Shown: piece after piece, positions 47,175 to 57,976 of the stretch
Layout of the letters: every line of letters starts with the position of its first letter
How positions within the stretch are numbered: the stretch's first letter is position 1
NCBI GenBank assembly: GCA_035635555.1
Contig: DASQAT010000021.1
Location: forward strand, 23,975 to 87,974
DNA length: 64,000 bases
Direction of reading: 5' to 3'
From: Candidatus Dormiibacterota bacterium
Lineage (GTDB): Bacteria; Acidobacteriota; Polarisedimenticolia; Gp22-AA2
Program-made: the position numbers and the translations under genes
The notes under the pieces: generated by a model
Told to the model about the DNA's origin: nothing
Databases searched by the model: none
Seen by the model: the letters and a program-made list of their open reading frames with translations, nothing else

Positions 47175-49244
47175 ATGCCGTCCGCAGCCGACAGCGCCGA
47201 GTCGACGCGCCTCGCCATCGACACTCTGAAAACGCTCGCCATCGACGCGGTCGAGCAGGCGAAATCGGGCCACCCCGGCCTGCCCATGGGGGCGGCCGAC
47301 TACGCCTTCTACCTCTGGACCCGGCACCTGCGTTTCGATCCGGGGGCCCCCGACTGGCCGGACCGCGACCGCTTCGTGCTCTCGGCCGGTCACGGCTCGA
47401 TGCTCCTCTACGCCCTCCTGCACCTGTCCGGCTACGACCTGCCGCTCGAGGAGATCAAGAGGTTCCGGCAGTGGGGGAGCATGACCCCCGGCCACCCGGA
47501 GCACGGCTGCGTGCCGGGTGTTGAGACGACCACCGGGCCGCTGGGGCAGGGCTTCGGCAACGCGGTCGGCATGGCGATCGCGGCGAGGATGGCGGCGGAG
47601 CGTTTCAACATTCCCGGCATCAAGGTCGTCGACCATCGGACCTGGGTGATCGCGAGCGACGGCGACATCATGGAAGGAGTGCAGAGCGAGGCCGCCTCGA
47701 TCGCCGGCCATCTCGCGCTCGCCAACCTCACCGTGCTCTACGATGACAACCACATCACCATCGAGGGAGAGACCTCCCTGACGTTCTCCGAGGACGTCGG
47801 CCGCCGCTACGAGGCCTACGGCTGGTCGGTCGAGCGCATCGACGGGCACGATCACGGGCAGATCCAGGCGGCGCTCGCCCGCGCCGCCGCCGAGACCGCG
47901 AGGCCCCGGCTCATCATCGCGCGCACGCACATCGCCAACGGCAGCCCCGGCAAGCACGACTCGGCCAGGGCGCACGGCGAGCCGCTGGGTCCGGAGGAGG
48001 CGGCCGCGACCAAGCGGGCTCTCGGCTGGCCGGCGCAGCCTCCCTTCCTGGTGCCGGACGGAGCGAAGGCGCCGTTCGCGGCGCGCGCCGAGGCGGGGCG
48101 CCGGGCCCGCGAGGACTGGAGGAAACGCTTCGAGGCCTGGAGCCTCGAGCGCCCCGACCTGCGCGCGCTGTGGGACCTCTACCACGCGCGCGCCGTCCCC
48201 GGGGATCTCTTCGCCCGCCTGCTCGAGTCGGTGTCCCCGCCCGCGGGCTCGCCCGCTCCGAAGCCCGAGGCGACGCGCGCCACCTCCGGCAGGGTGCTGC
48301 AGAAGGCGGCGGAGCTGGTCCCCTCCCTGTGCGGCGGCAGCGCCGACCTGGAGCCCTCGACCAAGACCTTCATCAAGTCCTCGACGGCGGTCGGTCCCGG
48401 CTCGTTCGCGGGACGGAACTTTCACTTCGGGGTGCGCGAGCACGGCATGGGCGCCATCCTGAACGGCCTGGCGCTGTACGGCGGGCCGATCCCGTACGGC
48501 GCGAGCTTCCTGATCTTCTCGGACTACATGCGCCCCCCGATGAGACTCGCGGCGATGATGCGCCTCCAGGTCGTCTATGTGTTCACCCACGACAGCATCT
48601 TCCTGGGGGAGGACGGTCCGACGCACCAGCCGGTCGAGCAGCTGCCGGGCCTGCGGCTGGTTCCCAATCTCGAAGTGGTGAGACCCGCCGACCCGCTCGA
48701 GGTGGCGATGGCGTGGACGCTGGCGCTCGAGCGCCGGGACGGCCCGACGGCCCTCGTCCTGACCCGACAGGAGGTCCCGTTCCTGACGCGGGCCCCCGGC
48801 TTTTCTCCGGACGTCATGCGACGGGGGGGCTACGTCCTGTCGGAGGCTCCGGCGCCGCGCGGGTCGGGTCCGGCCGGGAACGCCGGCACGGGACCGTCCC
48901 TCGTTCTGATCGCCAGCGGCTCCGAGGTCGGTCCGGCCCGGCAGGCCCAGGAGATCCTGTCGTCCCGCGGAGTCGCCGCGCGCGTGGTGTCGATGCCCAG
49001 TCCGGATCTCTTCCTGCGCCAGGACGAGCCCTACCGGCGCTCGGTCCTGCCGATGGGAGCGAGGTGCGTGGTCATCGAGGCGGCGCGGAGCCAGGGATGG
49101 GAGCGCGTGGCCGGGCGCGACGCGCTTCTGATCGGAGTCGACCGCTTCGGCGCCTCGGCCCCCTGGAAGGTGAACGCTGAAAAGTTCGGCTTCACGGGCC
49201 CGCAGATCGCCGAGCGCGTCCTGCGTTTCGTCGGCGCCGCTTGA
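47175..49244 (+). CDS. tkt: transketolase
   Basis: Motifs include [39 protein letters not shown] and the TPP/Pyr domains. There is an AAGGAG RBS. Confidence 0.9.
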   Translation: MPSAADSAESTRLAIDTLKTLAIDAVEQAKSGHPGLPMGAADYAFYLWTRHLRFDPGAPDWPDRDRFVLSAGHGSMLLYALLHLSGYDLPLEEIKRFRQWGSMTPGHPEHGCVPGVETTTGPLGQGFGNAVGMAIAARMAAERFNIPGIKVVDHRTWVIASDGDIMEGVQSEAASIAGHLALANLTVLYDDNHITIEGETSLTFSEDVGRRYEAYGWSVERIDGHDHGQIQAALARAAAETARPRLIIARTHIANGSPGKHDSARAHGEPLGPEEAAATKRALGWPAQPPFLVPDGAKAPFAARAEAGRRAREDWRKRFEAWSLERPDLRALWDLYHARAVPGDLFARLLESVSPPAGSPAPKPEATRATSGRVLQKAAELVPSLCGGSADLEPSTKTFIKSSTAVGPGSFAGRNFHFGVREHGMGAILNGLALYGGPIPYGASFLIFSDYMRPPMRLAAMMRLQVVYVFTHDSIFLGEDGPTHQPVEQLPGLRLVPNLEVVRPADPLEVAMAWTLALERRDGPTALVLTRQEVPFLTRAPGFSPDVMRRGGYVLSEAPAPRGSGPAGNAGTGPSLVLIASGSEVGPARQAQEILSSRGVAARVVSMPSPDLFLRQDEPYRRSVLPMGARCVVIEAARSQGWERVAGRDALLIGVDRFGASAPWKVNAEKFGFTGPQIAERVLRFVGAA

Positions 49245-49247
49245 GCC

Positions 49248-51029
49248 GTGCGGCGTAGCGGCCCGATCGAACCCTTCCGCATCCCCGCGCGCGACGTCCG
49301 TCTCCTCGGATATGCGCCCGCCGTGGCCCGGCGGGTCGCCACCCTGTCCGCCGGCCGCTTCGCAGCGAAGATGTTCCGCGGCGATCCGTCCCCGTGGACT
49401 TCTGATCCCGCTGCACGCCGCATCGTCAAGAACCGGCTCGGCTGGCTGCGGTCCCCGCAGGAGATGCTGCGCGAGGTCCCGCGACTCGAGGCGTTCGCCG
49501 CGAGCGCCCGCGGCGACGGCATGCGCCACGCCGTCCTCCTCGGCATGGGCGGGTCGAGCCTGTGCGTCGAGGTCTTCCGGCGGGTCTTCCCGCCGCCCGC
49601 GGGATTTCCCGAAATCATCGTCCTCGATTCGACCGTCCCCGGGGCGGTGCGCCGCGTCGAGTCGGACATCGACCCGGCGAGGACCCTCTTCGTGGTCAGC
49701 AGCAAGTCGGGGACGACGGGGGAGACCCTGGCCCTGCAGTCGTACTTCTGGGAGAAGATGCGCCGGCTGCGCGGCGACCTGGCGGGCCGGCACTTCGTGG
49801 CGATCACCGATCCCGGCACGCCCCTGTCGGCCGAGGCGTCGGCGCGCGCCTATCGCGCCACGTTCCACAACCCCCCCGACATCGGGGGGCGCTACTCGGC
49901 GCTGTCCTATTTCGGCCTCCTGCCGGCGGCGCTGGGCGGCGCCGACATCGCCGCGATCCTCAGGTCCGCGCTCCTGATGCTCGATGCCTGCGGGCCGGCC
50001 GCGGCGGCCTCGGACAACCCCGGTCTGATGCTCGGCGCTGCGCTCGGTGTGCTGGCGCGCCGGGGGCGCGACAAGGTCGTCCTGGCCGTGGACCCGGGGC
50101 TGAGACCGTTCGGGCTCTGGATCGAACAGCTCCTCGCCGAGAGCACCGGCAAGGAGGGACGGGGTCTCGTCCCGGTCGAAGCCCCCGCCTCACCGGCCGA
50201 CGCCCGGGCGACGCTCCTCGGACCGGATCGCGTCGCGGTCGTCATGACCCTCGGGAGGAAATCCACGGCCGGTCCGCCCGCGGGGCGCGGCGGGGCCAGG
50301 ACACCGACGGTCGTCCTGCGGCTGCGCGATCGTTTCGATCTGGGCGCCGCGATGGTGCAGTGGGAGATCGCGACGGCGGTGGCCGGCGCGGTCCTCGGCG
50401 TGAACCCGTTCGACGAGCCGAACGTCGCCGAAAGCAAGACGAACACCGCGGCGGCGCTCGCGGAGTTCGACGCGACGGGCGGCCTGCGCGAGGAGGAGCC
50501 GGCCCTGGCCGAGGGGCGCGCGCGCGTCTTCCTGGGGGGGATCAAGCTGCCCTCGCGCGGGCCGGCGACTCTCTCCGCCGCCGTCGGCTCGCTCCTGGGC
50601 CGAAGACGACGCGGCGACTACATGGCCGTCCTGGCGTTCGTCGACCCCGGAAGCCGCTCTCCGCGCGCGGCCCTCGAGACGATCCGATCCCTCCTTCTGG
50701 AGGCCACCGGCTGCGCGGTGACGCTCGGTTACGGCCCGCGCTACCTCCACTCGACCGGCCAGCTCCACAAGGGGGGGCCCAACCGGGGCCTGTTCATCCA
50801 GATCGTCCCGGACGACACGATGGTCCTGCCGATTCCTGGCACGCCGCACGATTTCGAAACGTTCAAGCAGGCGCAGGGGCTCGGGGATTACCTGTCGCTG
50901 AAGCGGCGTGGTCGCCGCATCGTGCGGCTGTGTTCCCCCGACGACGCCGCTGGAGCGCTGCGTACTCTTGTGGCCGCACTGCGCGCTGCGCGTGCGGTGT
51001 CCCGCCGCGTGCGCCGGACACGCACTTAG
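49248..51029 (+). CDS. pgi: glucose-6-phosphate isomerase
   Basis: It carries the PGI signatures VVSSKSGTTGETL and DIGGRYSALSYFGLLP. The GTG start lies 3 nt after the tkt stop. Confidence 0.8.
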   Translation: MRRSGPIEPFRIPARDVRLLGYAPAVARRVATLSAGRFAAKMFRGDPSPWTSDPAARRIVKNRLGWLRSPQEMLREVPRLEAFAASARGDGMRHAVLLGMGGSSLCVEVFRRVFPPPAGFPEIIVLDSTVPGAVRRVESDIDPARTLFVVSSKSGTTGETLALQSYFWEKMRRLRGDLAGRHFVAITDPGTPLSAEASARAYRATFHNPPDIGGRYSALSYFGLLPAALGGADIAAILRSALLMLDACGPAAAASDNPGLMLGAALGVLARRGRDKVVLAVDPGLRPFGLWIEQLLAESTGKEGRGLVPVEAPASPADARATLLGPDRVAVVMTLGRKSTAGPPAGRGGARTPTVVLRLRDRFDLGAAMVQWEIATAVAGAVLGVNPFDEPNVAESKTNTAAALAEFDATGGLREEEPALAEGRARVFLGGIKLPSRGPATLSAAVGSLLGRRRRGDYMAVLAFVDPGSRSPRAALETIRSLLLEATGCAVTLGYGPRYLHSTGQLHKGGPNRGLFIQIVPDDTMVLPIPGTPHDFETFKQAQGLGDYLSLKRRGRRIVRLCSPDDAAGALRTLVAALRAARAVSRRVRRTRT

Positions 51030-51201
51030 GACCGTCCCCGAAGCGCCGCAGCGCGCGTCTCACCATGCGGCCGGGTGTTCCGGGCCCGCCTTGTGCGGCA
51101 CAGGCACCTCTGCTACGCTTCCGGCTCGAATCACCGACCCATCCTCCAGCCGCCGGTCGTCCACCGCCCCCTCGTGAGGCGGCCGGGCGGGGACAACGCC
51201 G

Positions 51202-52662
51202 ATGCGCGGTTTCAAGAACACTCTCAAGCCGCTGAACATCCTGCCGCCCGAGGCGGAGGAGCAGGTGCACCGCGCCACCCTGAAGATCCTGCGCGAGCAC
51301 GGGGTGATCTTCGAGGACGGGCGCGCCCTCGACCTGTTCCGCAAGGCGGGGCTCAAGGTGGATGACGCCGAGCAGCGCGTCTTCTTCCCCCCCGAGTTCG
51401 TGGAGCAGCAGATCGCGAAGGCGCCGGCGCAGTTCACCCTTCAGGCGCGCAATCGCGACAACGACGTGATCATCGGCGGCGACCACCTGGTGTTCGCGCC
51501 GGTCAGCGGACCGCCGTTCGTCGCCGATCGCGAGGGCGGCCGGCGCGACGGCACGCTCGAGGAGCAGAACAATCTCGTCCGCCTGTCCGAGGTCATCGAC
51601 GTCATGCACCACGGCTGCCCGGAGGTGGCGGTCAAGGACCTGCCGGTCGAGACGCGTCACCTCGACATCCTGTACCACCAGGTCCGGCTGAGCGCCAAGG
51701 GGATGATCGGCGACGCCTGGAGCACGGAGCGGGCGCGCGACCACATCGACATGATGGCGATCGTCTTCGGCGGCCGCGAAAAGATCGCCGAGCGACCCGT
51801 GCTGATCGGGATCATCAACTCGAACAGCCCGCTGCGCTACGACTCGAACATGGCGGAGGGGCTCATCGAGTACGCCGCCGCGGGGCAGGTGAACGTCATC
51901 ACGCCGTTCATCATGGCCGGCGCGACCAGTCCGGTGACGCTGGCGGCGGCGGTGGCCCAGCAGAACGCCGAGTGCCTGGCGGCGATCGTCCTGGCCGAGA
52001 CGGTGCGTCCCGGAGCGCCCGTGATGTACGGGTCGTTCCTGACCGGCCTCGAGATGCGCACCGGCGCCCCCGCCTTCGGCCGGCCGGAAGCCGCGCTCGG
52101 CATCCTGTCGTCGGCCCAGATGGCGCGGCGGTATTCGCTCCCCTGCCGGGCCGGCGGTGTCCTGACCAACTCCAAGGTGCCCGACGCGCAGGCCGGGTGG
52201 GAAAAGATGATGCAGCTCTGGCCGATCGTGCTGGGCGGGTGCCACTACGTCCTGCACGGCGCGGGCTGGCTGGACGGCGGCCTGACGGCCTCGTTCGAGG
52301 CGATGGTCCTGGATGCCGAGATGCTGGAGATGCTGCCGCGCTTCTTCGCGGGTGTGCCGGTCAGCGATGAAACGCTCGCTCTGGACGTGATCGCCCATGT
52401 CGGGGCGGGCGGACACTTCCTGGGGGAGGAGCACACGCGCAAGCACTTCAAGACGGAGTTCCACTTCCCGAACCTGGCCGACACGGAGGCCTACGAATCC
52501 TGGGTCAAGAAAGGGCGGATGGACGCCGAGACGCGCGCCACCACGCGCTGGAAGAAGCTCCTCTCGTCCTACCAGGAGCCGAAGCTCGATCCCGCCGTCG
52601 ACGAGGAGCTCCGGGACTTCGTCGCCCGCCGCAAGCGCGCCATCGAGGCCACGATCGACTAG
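51202..52662 (+). CDS. MttB-superfamily (trimethylamine methyltransferase-like) corrinoid-dependent methyltransferase, non-Pyl type
   Basis: The 486-aa product shows MttB-family similarity throughout (KILREHGVIF...IINSNSPLRYDSNMAEGLIEYAAAGQVNVITPFIMAGATSPVTLAAA...). No in-frame TAG is present, so it is a non-pyrrolysine MtgB/MtcB-like member. Confidence 0.8.
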   Translation: MRGFKNTLKPLNILPPEAEEQVHRATLKILREHGVIFEDGRALDLFRKAGLKVDDAEQRVFFPPEFVEQQIAKAPAQFTLQARNRDNDVIIGGDHLVFAPVSGPPFVADREGGRRDGTLEEQNNLVRLSEVIDVMHHGCPEVAVKDLPVETRHLDILYHQVRLSAKGMIGDAWSTERARDHIDMMAIVFGGREKIAERPVLIGIINSNSPLRYDSNMAEGLIEYAAAGQVNVITPFIMAGATSPVTLAAAVAQQNAECLAAIVLAETVRPGAPVMYGSFLTGLEMRTGAPAFGRPEAALGILSSAQMARRYSLPCRAGGVLTNSKVPDAQAGWEKMMQLWPIVLGGCHYVLHGAGWLDGGLTASFEAMVLDAEMLEMLPRFFAGVPVSDETLALDVIAHVGAGGHFLGEEHTRKHFKTEFHFPNLADTEAYESWVKKGRMDAETRATTRWKKLLSSYQEPKLDPAVDEELRDFVARRKRAIEATID

Positions 52663-52888
52663 CCCGGATTTCTCACCATCGAGATTGAGAAGGCTGCCTC
52701 CCCTCAGGCATAAAAAGCCTGCGAACGACCTGTTCGATCGCGTCCGCGAGCAGGAGTGGACACGCGTACCACCTCGGACTCTCCCGACAGCCGAGTCCTC
52801 GACCGCGTCTCACAGGCGCTCGACTAGCGCCTGAGCGGCTCGCCGAAAGAGGCCCTTCAGCGCGGCAGGCGCGCAGCGCCGGGGCCGA

Positions 52889-55800
52889 TCAGAGCGTGCA
52901 CCCCCGGATCGCCGGGCCCGCGGTGTCGACGGGGCCGTTCCGTCGCAGCATCTCGACGAAGACGTCGTGGCCGCTCTTGTGCTTCGGAATCGGCGAGAAA
53001 TAGACGGCCCCCTCCTGAGTCACACACGCTTCGCAGGGGATCGTGGCGCTGTTGAGCTGGACACGCTCCCCCTGCGAAGTGAACATCACGATGTTGAAGC
53101 CGAGAATGTCGGTCTCGAACTGTGTCCTCCAGCTCACCGTGGCGGATCCCCTCCCGAGCGGGCTCGTGAAGCTGATGCACACCGCGACGATCTGCTGGAC
53201 GCACGAGGTGACGCCCGGCAGATACGGGCACGGATCGCAGACGTCGCCGACGCCGTCGTGATCTGCATCCGCCTGATCCGGGTTCGGCACGCCGGGACAG
53301 TTGTCTCTTGCGTCCGGTATTCCGTCCCCGTCGGTGTCGGGGGGCGTGGTGACGGTGGACGGACAGTACCTGCCGCCTGTGTCGTAGCCAAAGTCGCCGC
53401 CCCAGACGATCATCTCGCTGCCGGTCCAGGTCGCCGCGTGTCCCTCCCGGCGCGACGGCGTGGTCGCGTCGTCCCGTGTGGCGCTCCAGACGTCGCCGAC
53501 GGGATCGTAGAGGCCTCCGGAGCTCGTGGTGAAGCTGAATTCGTTGATCGTGCCGCCCCAGACGATCATCTGGGAGCCGGTCCACACGGCCGAATGATCG
53601 AAGCGCGTGAGCGGAGTGAGAGGACCGACGTTGGTGGGATCCCACATGTCGGATAGCGGATCGTAGCGCGCGCCCGAGTTGTACACGACGACATTGCCGT
53701 ACGTCTCCCCGCCCCAGACGATCATCTGACTGCCGGTCCAGACGGCGGTATGACGCACGCGCGCGGAGGGGCTGCGAGAGTCCACTCGTGTCGGCGTCCA
53801 GGAGTCGGAGACCGGATCGTACTGCCCGCCGGTGTCGTGCACCATGTAGGTGCCATTCGACAGGATGCTTTCGCCGCCCCAGACGATCATCTTCGAACCG
53901 GTCCAGACGACCGATGGCCGGGCGCGCCCGGGTGGTGCCGTAGCGTCGGCCCGAGTCGCCGTCCAGCGATCGGCAGCAGGGTCGTAGCGGCCGCCGCTGT
54001 TGCTCGCCCCCACACCGGCGACGTACCCGCCCCACACGATCATCTCCGTCCCCGTCCAGACGGCGGCCTGACCGACCCGTTCGACGGGGGTCTCGGAGTC
54101 CACTCCAGTTGCGGACCACGTGTCGGTCGCCGGATCGTACCGGCCTCCCCCCTGCGTATAGGTGTCTCCGCCCCAGACGATCATCTGGGAGCCGGTCCAG
54201 ACCGCCGCGTGGTTCCCCGTGGGGGCCGGAGTCGTCGCGTCGAGGCGGGTGGGGGTCCAGTTGTCGGTCGCCGGATCGTAGCGCGCGCCGTCGTTGTGGT
54301 ACGTGCCCGAATTGCCCCCCCAGACGATCATCTCCGCGCCGGTCCAGACCGCCGTGTGGTCCCCGCGGCCGGCCGGCGTCTGATCGTGCGAGGTCGGGAC
54401 CCACGTGCCGGAGACGGGATCGAATCTGCCTCCGGTGTTGTGGTGATAGCTGCTGCCGCCGGGACCGCCCCAGACGATGAGCTCGCTTCCGGTCCAGACC
54501 GCGCGCTGGGGGACCGGACCGAACGAGGTCGGGTACGCGGGGATGGGCGTCCACGAGTCGGTGGCCGGGCGGTAGCGCGAGCCGGCATAGGCCGACGTCG
54601 CCGCGCCCCAGACGATCATGTCGCTCCCCGTCCAGAGCGCGTCGTGCCCGGAGCGCGCGGCAGGGGCCGTAGCGTCGGCGCGTGTCGCCGTCCAGGCGTT
54701 GGCAGTCGGGTCGTATCGCCCCCCCGTGTTCAGCGGGAAATAAAGAGGATAGAACGGGCCCTGCGTGTAATAGCTTCCCCCCCAGACGATCATCTCGGTC
54801 CCGGTCCAGATCGCCGTGTGGTTCGAGCGCGGCACCGGCGTGCCGGCGTCCACCGGGGTCGGAATCCACGTGTCGGTCTGTGGAGAGTAGCGGCCGCCGC
54901 TGTTGAAGTAGGTGAACTGGGAGCCTCCCCGGCCACCCCAGATGAGCATCTCGCCGCCGTTCCAGACGGCGCTGTGATCGGTGCGCGCCTCCGGTGCCGG
55001 CGGATCGGTCCGGACGGTGATCCAGGTGTCCGTCGACGGATTGTAGCGGCCGCCCGTGTTCGTGACCGCGAACTCCGATCCGACGGTCCCTCCCCAGACG
55101 ATCATCTCGGTCCCGGTCCACACCACTGTGTGGCCCGTGCGCGCGGAGGGGGTCGTGGCATCGAGGTGGGTCGGCGTCCAGGTGTCGGTGACCGGGTCGT
55201 ATCTCCCTCCGTCGTTGAGCACGGCGTTGATGCCGCCCGCGGTTCCACCCCAGACGATCATCTCGTGTCCGGTCCAGATCGCCTTGGTCACTCGCGGCGC
55301 GGGAGCCGTGGCGTCCGACCGCACCCGGGTCCACGAGTCCGTCGCCGGGTCGTAGCGGTCGCCCGTGTTCAGGGTCCCGGCGAAGCCGTTCCCGCCCCAC
55401 ACGATCATCTCGCTGCCGGTCCACAGGGCCACGTGATTGGAACGCGGATAGGGCAGGGCGCGGTGGACCTCGGTCCAGGTGTCGGCCGTGCAGCTTGTCT
55501 GGGCGATGTCGGGCAGGCGGAAGGAACCGGACAGTGTGTCCGCGCTCGCCGGCAGCCCTCCTCGCACGCCCGCCCACCAGGTGTCGAAGGGCACCTTGCG
55601 CCAGACGACCTCGGTCGTTTCGATCCGGACCGCTTCGACACGATGTACGAAAATGACCACGAGGGCATCCTCGTCCTCGATGAGCCGGCTGGGGGTGTCG
55701 AGCGGAATGTCGTGTGCCGCGCCGGTCATCCCCTCGAAGGCGCCGGCCAGTCTCGCCCGCAGACCATCCCATTCGGGTCGATTGAGACGAACGACCCCCC

Positions 55801-56410
55801 GCTCGCCCGGTCCGTCCGCCCCCGCAATCCCGGCGGTCACGCCATCCAGAAGAAAGATCACGCGCGAGACCTCTCCGCCGGCCCGCGACAGGGCGTCGGG
55901 GCCCGCGCCTTTCAGCATGGCCTGCACGGCGCGGCTGCGGACCGCTTGGTGAAGTCGATCGTCGTGGGCGTACCAGGTCCGGACGAGGCGGTCGACCAGG
56001 GCAGGGCGGGCCAGAGTCTCGGCGGCCAGGAGCGGGTCGCGGCCGAGAGAGGCGAACAGCTCGCCGAGGACCTCGGGCGACCGTGTGTCCGCTGCCATGC
56101 GATCGAGCTCGGCCTGCACCTGCGCGGGCGTGAGGTCACGCCCCCAGAATTTCCGCAGCGCGGCCTCCTTGCGGAGAGCGTCGACGACCTTGGAGCGAAT
56201 CGCCGCGTCGGGGAGAACGCGACTCAGCGGGGGCTTCGCTGACCGGTTCTCCGCCGGCCAGATGCGGTGCCGCCAGTAGACCTCCTCGACGGCCCGTCGG
56301 GCGGCGATGCGTTGCTCGATTGTCAGCTGTTCGGACGCCTGAGTGCCGCTGGCCAGCAGGACCAGCGCGTAAAGACTTACGGAAGCGGCGCGCCAGATGG
56401 AAGGTCTCAT
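52889..56410 (-). CDS. secreted 1173-aa protein: N-terminal about 300-aa domain, 14 Kelch-type beta-propeller blades, thrombospondin type 3 Ca-binding repeat, C-terminal Cys-containing domain
   Basis: GGAGGAGG RBS and a signal peptide (MRPSIWRAASVSLYALVLLASGTQA). Fourteen repeats of H[TS]AVWTG[ST]EMIVWGG....GGRYDP.TD.WT occur. The TSP3 signature is DTDGDGIPDARDNCPGVPNPDQADADHDGVGDVCDPCP. Confidence 0.75.
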   Translation of the reverse strand: MRPSIWRAASVSLYALVLLASGTQASEQLTIEQRIAARRAVEEVYWRHRIWPAENRSAKPPLSRVLPDAAIRSKVVDALRKEAALRKFWGRDLTPAQVQAELDRMAADTRSPEVLGELFASLGRDPLLAAETLARPALVDRLVRTWYAHDDRLHQAVRSRAVQAMLKGAGPDALSRAGGEVSRVIFLLDGVTAGIAGADGPGERGVVRLNRPEWDGLRARLAGAFEGMTGAAHDIPLDTPSRLIEDEDALVVIFVHRVEAVRIETTEVVWRKVPFDTWWAGVRGGLPASADTLSGSFRLPDIAQTSCTADTWTEVHRALPYPRSNHVALWTGSEMIVWGGNGFAGTLNTGDRYDPATDSWTRVRSDATAPAPRVTKAIWTGHEMIVWGGTAGGINAVLNDGGRYDPVTDTWTPTHLDATTPSARTGHTVVWTGTEMIVWGGTVGSEFAVTNTGGRYNPSTDTWITVRTDPPAPEARTDHSAVWNGGEMLIWGGRGGSQFTYFNSGGRYSPQTDTWIPTPVDAGTPVPRSNHTAIWTGTEMIVWGGSYYTQGPFYPLYFPLNTGGRYDPTANAWTATRADATAPAARSGHDALWTGSDMIVWGAATSAYAGSRYRPATDSWTPIPAYPTSFGPVPQRAVWTGSELIVWGGPGGSSYHHNTGGRFDPVSGTWVPTSHDQTPAGRGDHTAVWTGAEMIVWGGNSGTYHNDGARYDPATDNWTPTRLDATTPAPTGNHAAVWTGSQMIVWGGDTYTQGGGRYDPATDTWSATGVDSETPVERVGQAAVWTGTEMIVWGGYVAGVGASNSGGRYDPAADRWTATRADATAPPGRARPSVVWTGSKMIVWGGESILSNGTYMVHDTGGQYDPVSDSWTPTRVDSRSPSARVRHTAVWTGSQMIVWGGETYGNVVVYNSGARYDPLSDMWDPTNVGPLTPLTRFDHSAVWTGSQMIVWGGTINEFSFTTSSGGLYDPVGDVWSATRDDATTPSRREGHAATWTGSEMIVWGGDFGYDTGGRYCPSTVTTPPDTDGDGIPDARDNCPGVPNPDQADADHDGVGDVCDPCPYLPGVTSCVQQIVAVCISFTSPLGRGSATVSWRTQFETDILGFNIVMFTSQGERVQLNSATIPCEACVTQEGAVYFSPIPKHKSGHDVFVEMLRRNGPVDTAGPAIRGCTL
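53400..55400 (-). repeat. 14 tandem about 144-nt Kelch-blade coding repeats within the CDS (approximate span)
   Basis: About 48-aa units recur regularly in the protein. DNA-level periodicity is expected but was not computed. Confidence 0.5.
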
Positions 56411-56551
56411 GGTCCTCCTCCTAGGCAAGGAGTACGGTGAGTATGACCCATAAATACCTCGAACAGGCGGCAAGTCAACAAGGAACTTGGATCGCTGCTC
56501 GCTGGCACACCCATGGCTGCCAGTCTCGTGGGTGGGCGGAGCGCGGAGGCG

Positions 56552-57976
56552 CTAGGACCGGCTCCGCCACCGTCCGAACGCGTAGACGACGACCCCGCTG
56601 CCGGTGCTCAGGAGCGTCAGCCCGAGGATCTTGGCGACCGCCAGGGCCTTGTGCGGCTCGTCCTCCGCGGGGAAGAAGGACAGCACGATCGAGGCCGCCG
56701 TGGTGAGGAATCCGACCGCTCCGGCCAGGACCGCCACCGGGCGGCCGCCCGGCACGCGGATCACGTCGGGGCCGGCAGGCTCGCGCTGCAGACGGATCAT
56801 CGACGCGAACACGAGCAGGAAGGGGATGAGCGTGCAGATGACCGTCATGCTGACCAGGATGTCGTACGCTCCCTTCACCGTCTGGCCGGCCTGACCGAGG
56901 ACGATGCACACGACGATCGTCGCGCCCAGGGTCAGAAGGGCCACGTGCGGCGTGCGCCATTTCGGGTGGAGGCGCCCGAAGCTGTCGGGGAGGTAATGGT
57001 CGAGCCCGGCGACGAACGGCAGCCGCGCGACCGAGGCCAGCCAGGCGCCCACGCTGCCGAGGGCGCTGAGGGTGATCAGGAAGGCGGCGACGGGCGTGAG
57101 ACCCTCGAGACCCAGGCGCGTGGCGGCCGCTTCGATGGCGTCGATCGGTCCCTGCAGGCCGCTGAGCCTCTCCGGCGGCAGGGCCACCAGGACGCAGATC
57201 GTTCCGAGGAGGTACATGAGAGTGATGAGGGGCAGGGAGACGAAGATGGCGCGCGGAATGGTGCGACGCGCGTCCTTGATCTCCTCGCCCATGAACGACG
57301 CCGACTCGAACCCGGTGAGGGCGAAGGCGAGGGTCGACCAGAAGACCAGATCCCTGAGCCCCAGCCCCGGGGTCAGGGAGGCGCGCGTGAACCGGGTCGC
57401 CGGTCCGAGACGCACCCAGGCCATCAGGCCGATGATGATGAGGGCCAGGGTCGCGGCCCAGCGGGCGAAGGCGCCCACGTTGCTGATCCACTTGCCGAAC
57501 TGCAGGCCGAGCAGGTTCGGCACTATCCCGAGTGTGAGTCCCAGGAGCGCCGCCACGATCATGTAGGACGGGCTCGCGGCCAGGCGCCGCCAGCCGCCAC
57601 CTCCGATGTACAGCGCGTTTCCGGCCGCGAAGTAGAGGACGCCCGGAAAGTAGGGCAGGTTGCTCATCCAGTAGGTCCACCCGGTCATGAAACCCGCGAA
57701 TTCGCCGAAGGCGCGCTTGCTCCAGACGTACATCCCCCCTTCCTGCGGGTAGCGGGACGACATCTCCACGATCGAGAACGCCAGGGGGACCGCCATGGCC
57801 GCGAAGGCGATGAGCCAGACGGTCAGAGCACTCGGACCCGCGACGCTCGCGGCGGCGACCCATTGAAGGTTGATGCCGGCGGTGATGAAGTACAGCACGA
57901 CATCGCCGAACCCCATGACACGGCGGAGGCCGGCGGTCTGGGTGGTGCTCGTTGAGGTGTGTTCCGACGGCTGCAT
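56552..57976 (-). CDS. APC-superfamily amino acid/polyamine permease
   Basis: The product is 474 aa with 12 TM segments and typical APC motifs (MGFGDVVLYFITAGINLQW..., FALTGFESASFMGEEIKDARRTIPRAIF). The start is M53 of ORF 56552..58132. Confidence 0.85.
   Translation of the reverse strand: MQPSEHTSTSTTQTAGLRRVMGFGDVVLYFITAGINLQWVAAASVAGPSALTVWLIAFAAMAVPLAFSIVEMSSRYPQEGGMYVWSKRAFGEFAGFMTGWTYWMSNLPYFPGVLYFAAGNALYIGGGGWRRLAASPSYMIVAALLGLTLGIVPNLLGLQFGKWISNVGAFARWAATLALIIIGLMAWVRLGPATRFTRASLTPGLGLRDLVFWSTLAFALTGFESASFMGEEIKDARRTIPRAIFVSLPLITLMYLLGTICVLVALPPERLSGLQGPIDAIEAAATRLGLEGLTPVAAFLITLSALGSVGAWLASVARLPFVAGLDHYLPDSFGRLHPKWRTPHVALLTLGATIVVCIVLGQAGQTVKGAYDILVSMTVICTLIPFLLVFASMIRLQREPAGPDVIRVPGGRPVAVLAGAVGFLTTAASIVLSFFPAEDEPHKALAVAKILGLTLLSTGSGVVVYAFGRWRSRS

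Noticed and set aside
47127-49868. A 913-aa minus-strand ORF.
   Set aside because: It lies antisense to transketolase and pgi, both of which carry textbook motifs.
51029-51202. A 173-nt GC-rich leader upstream of the MttB-like gene, examined for a riboswitch or ncRNA.
   Set aside because: I could not recognise any conserved riboswitch core by eye. It needs a covariance-model search (Rfam/Infernal) before anything can be claimed.
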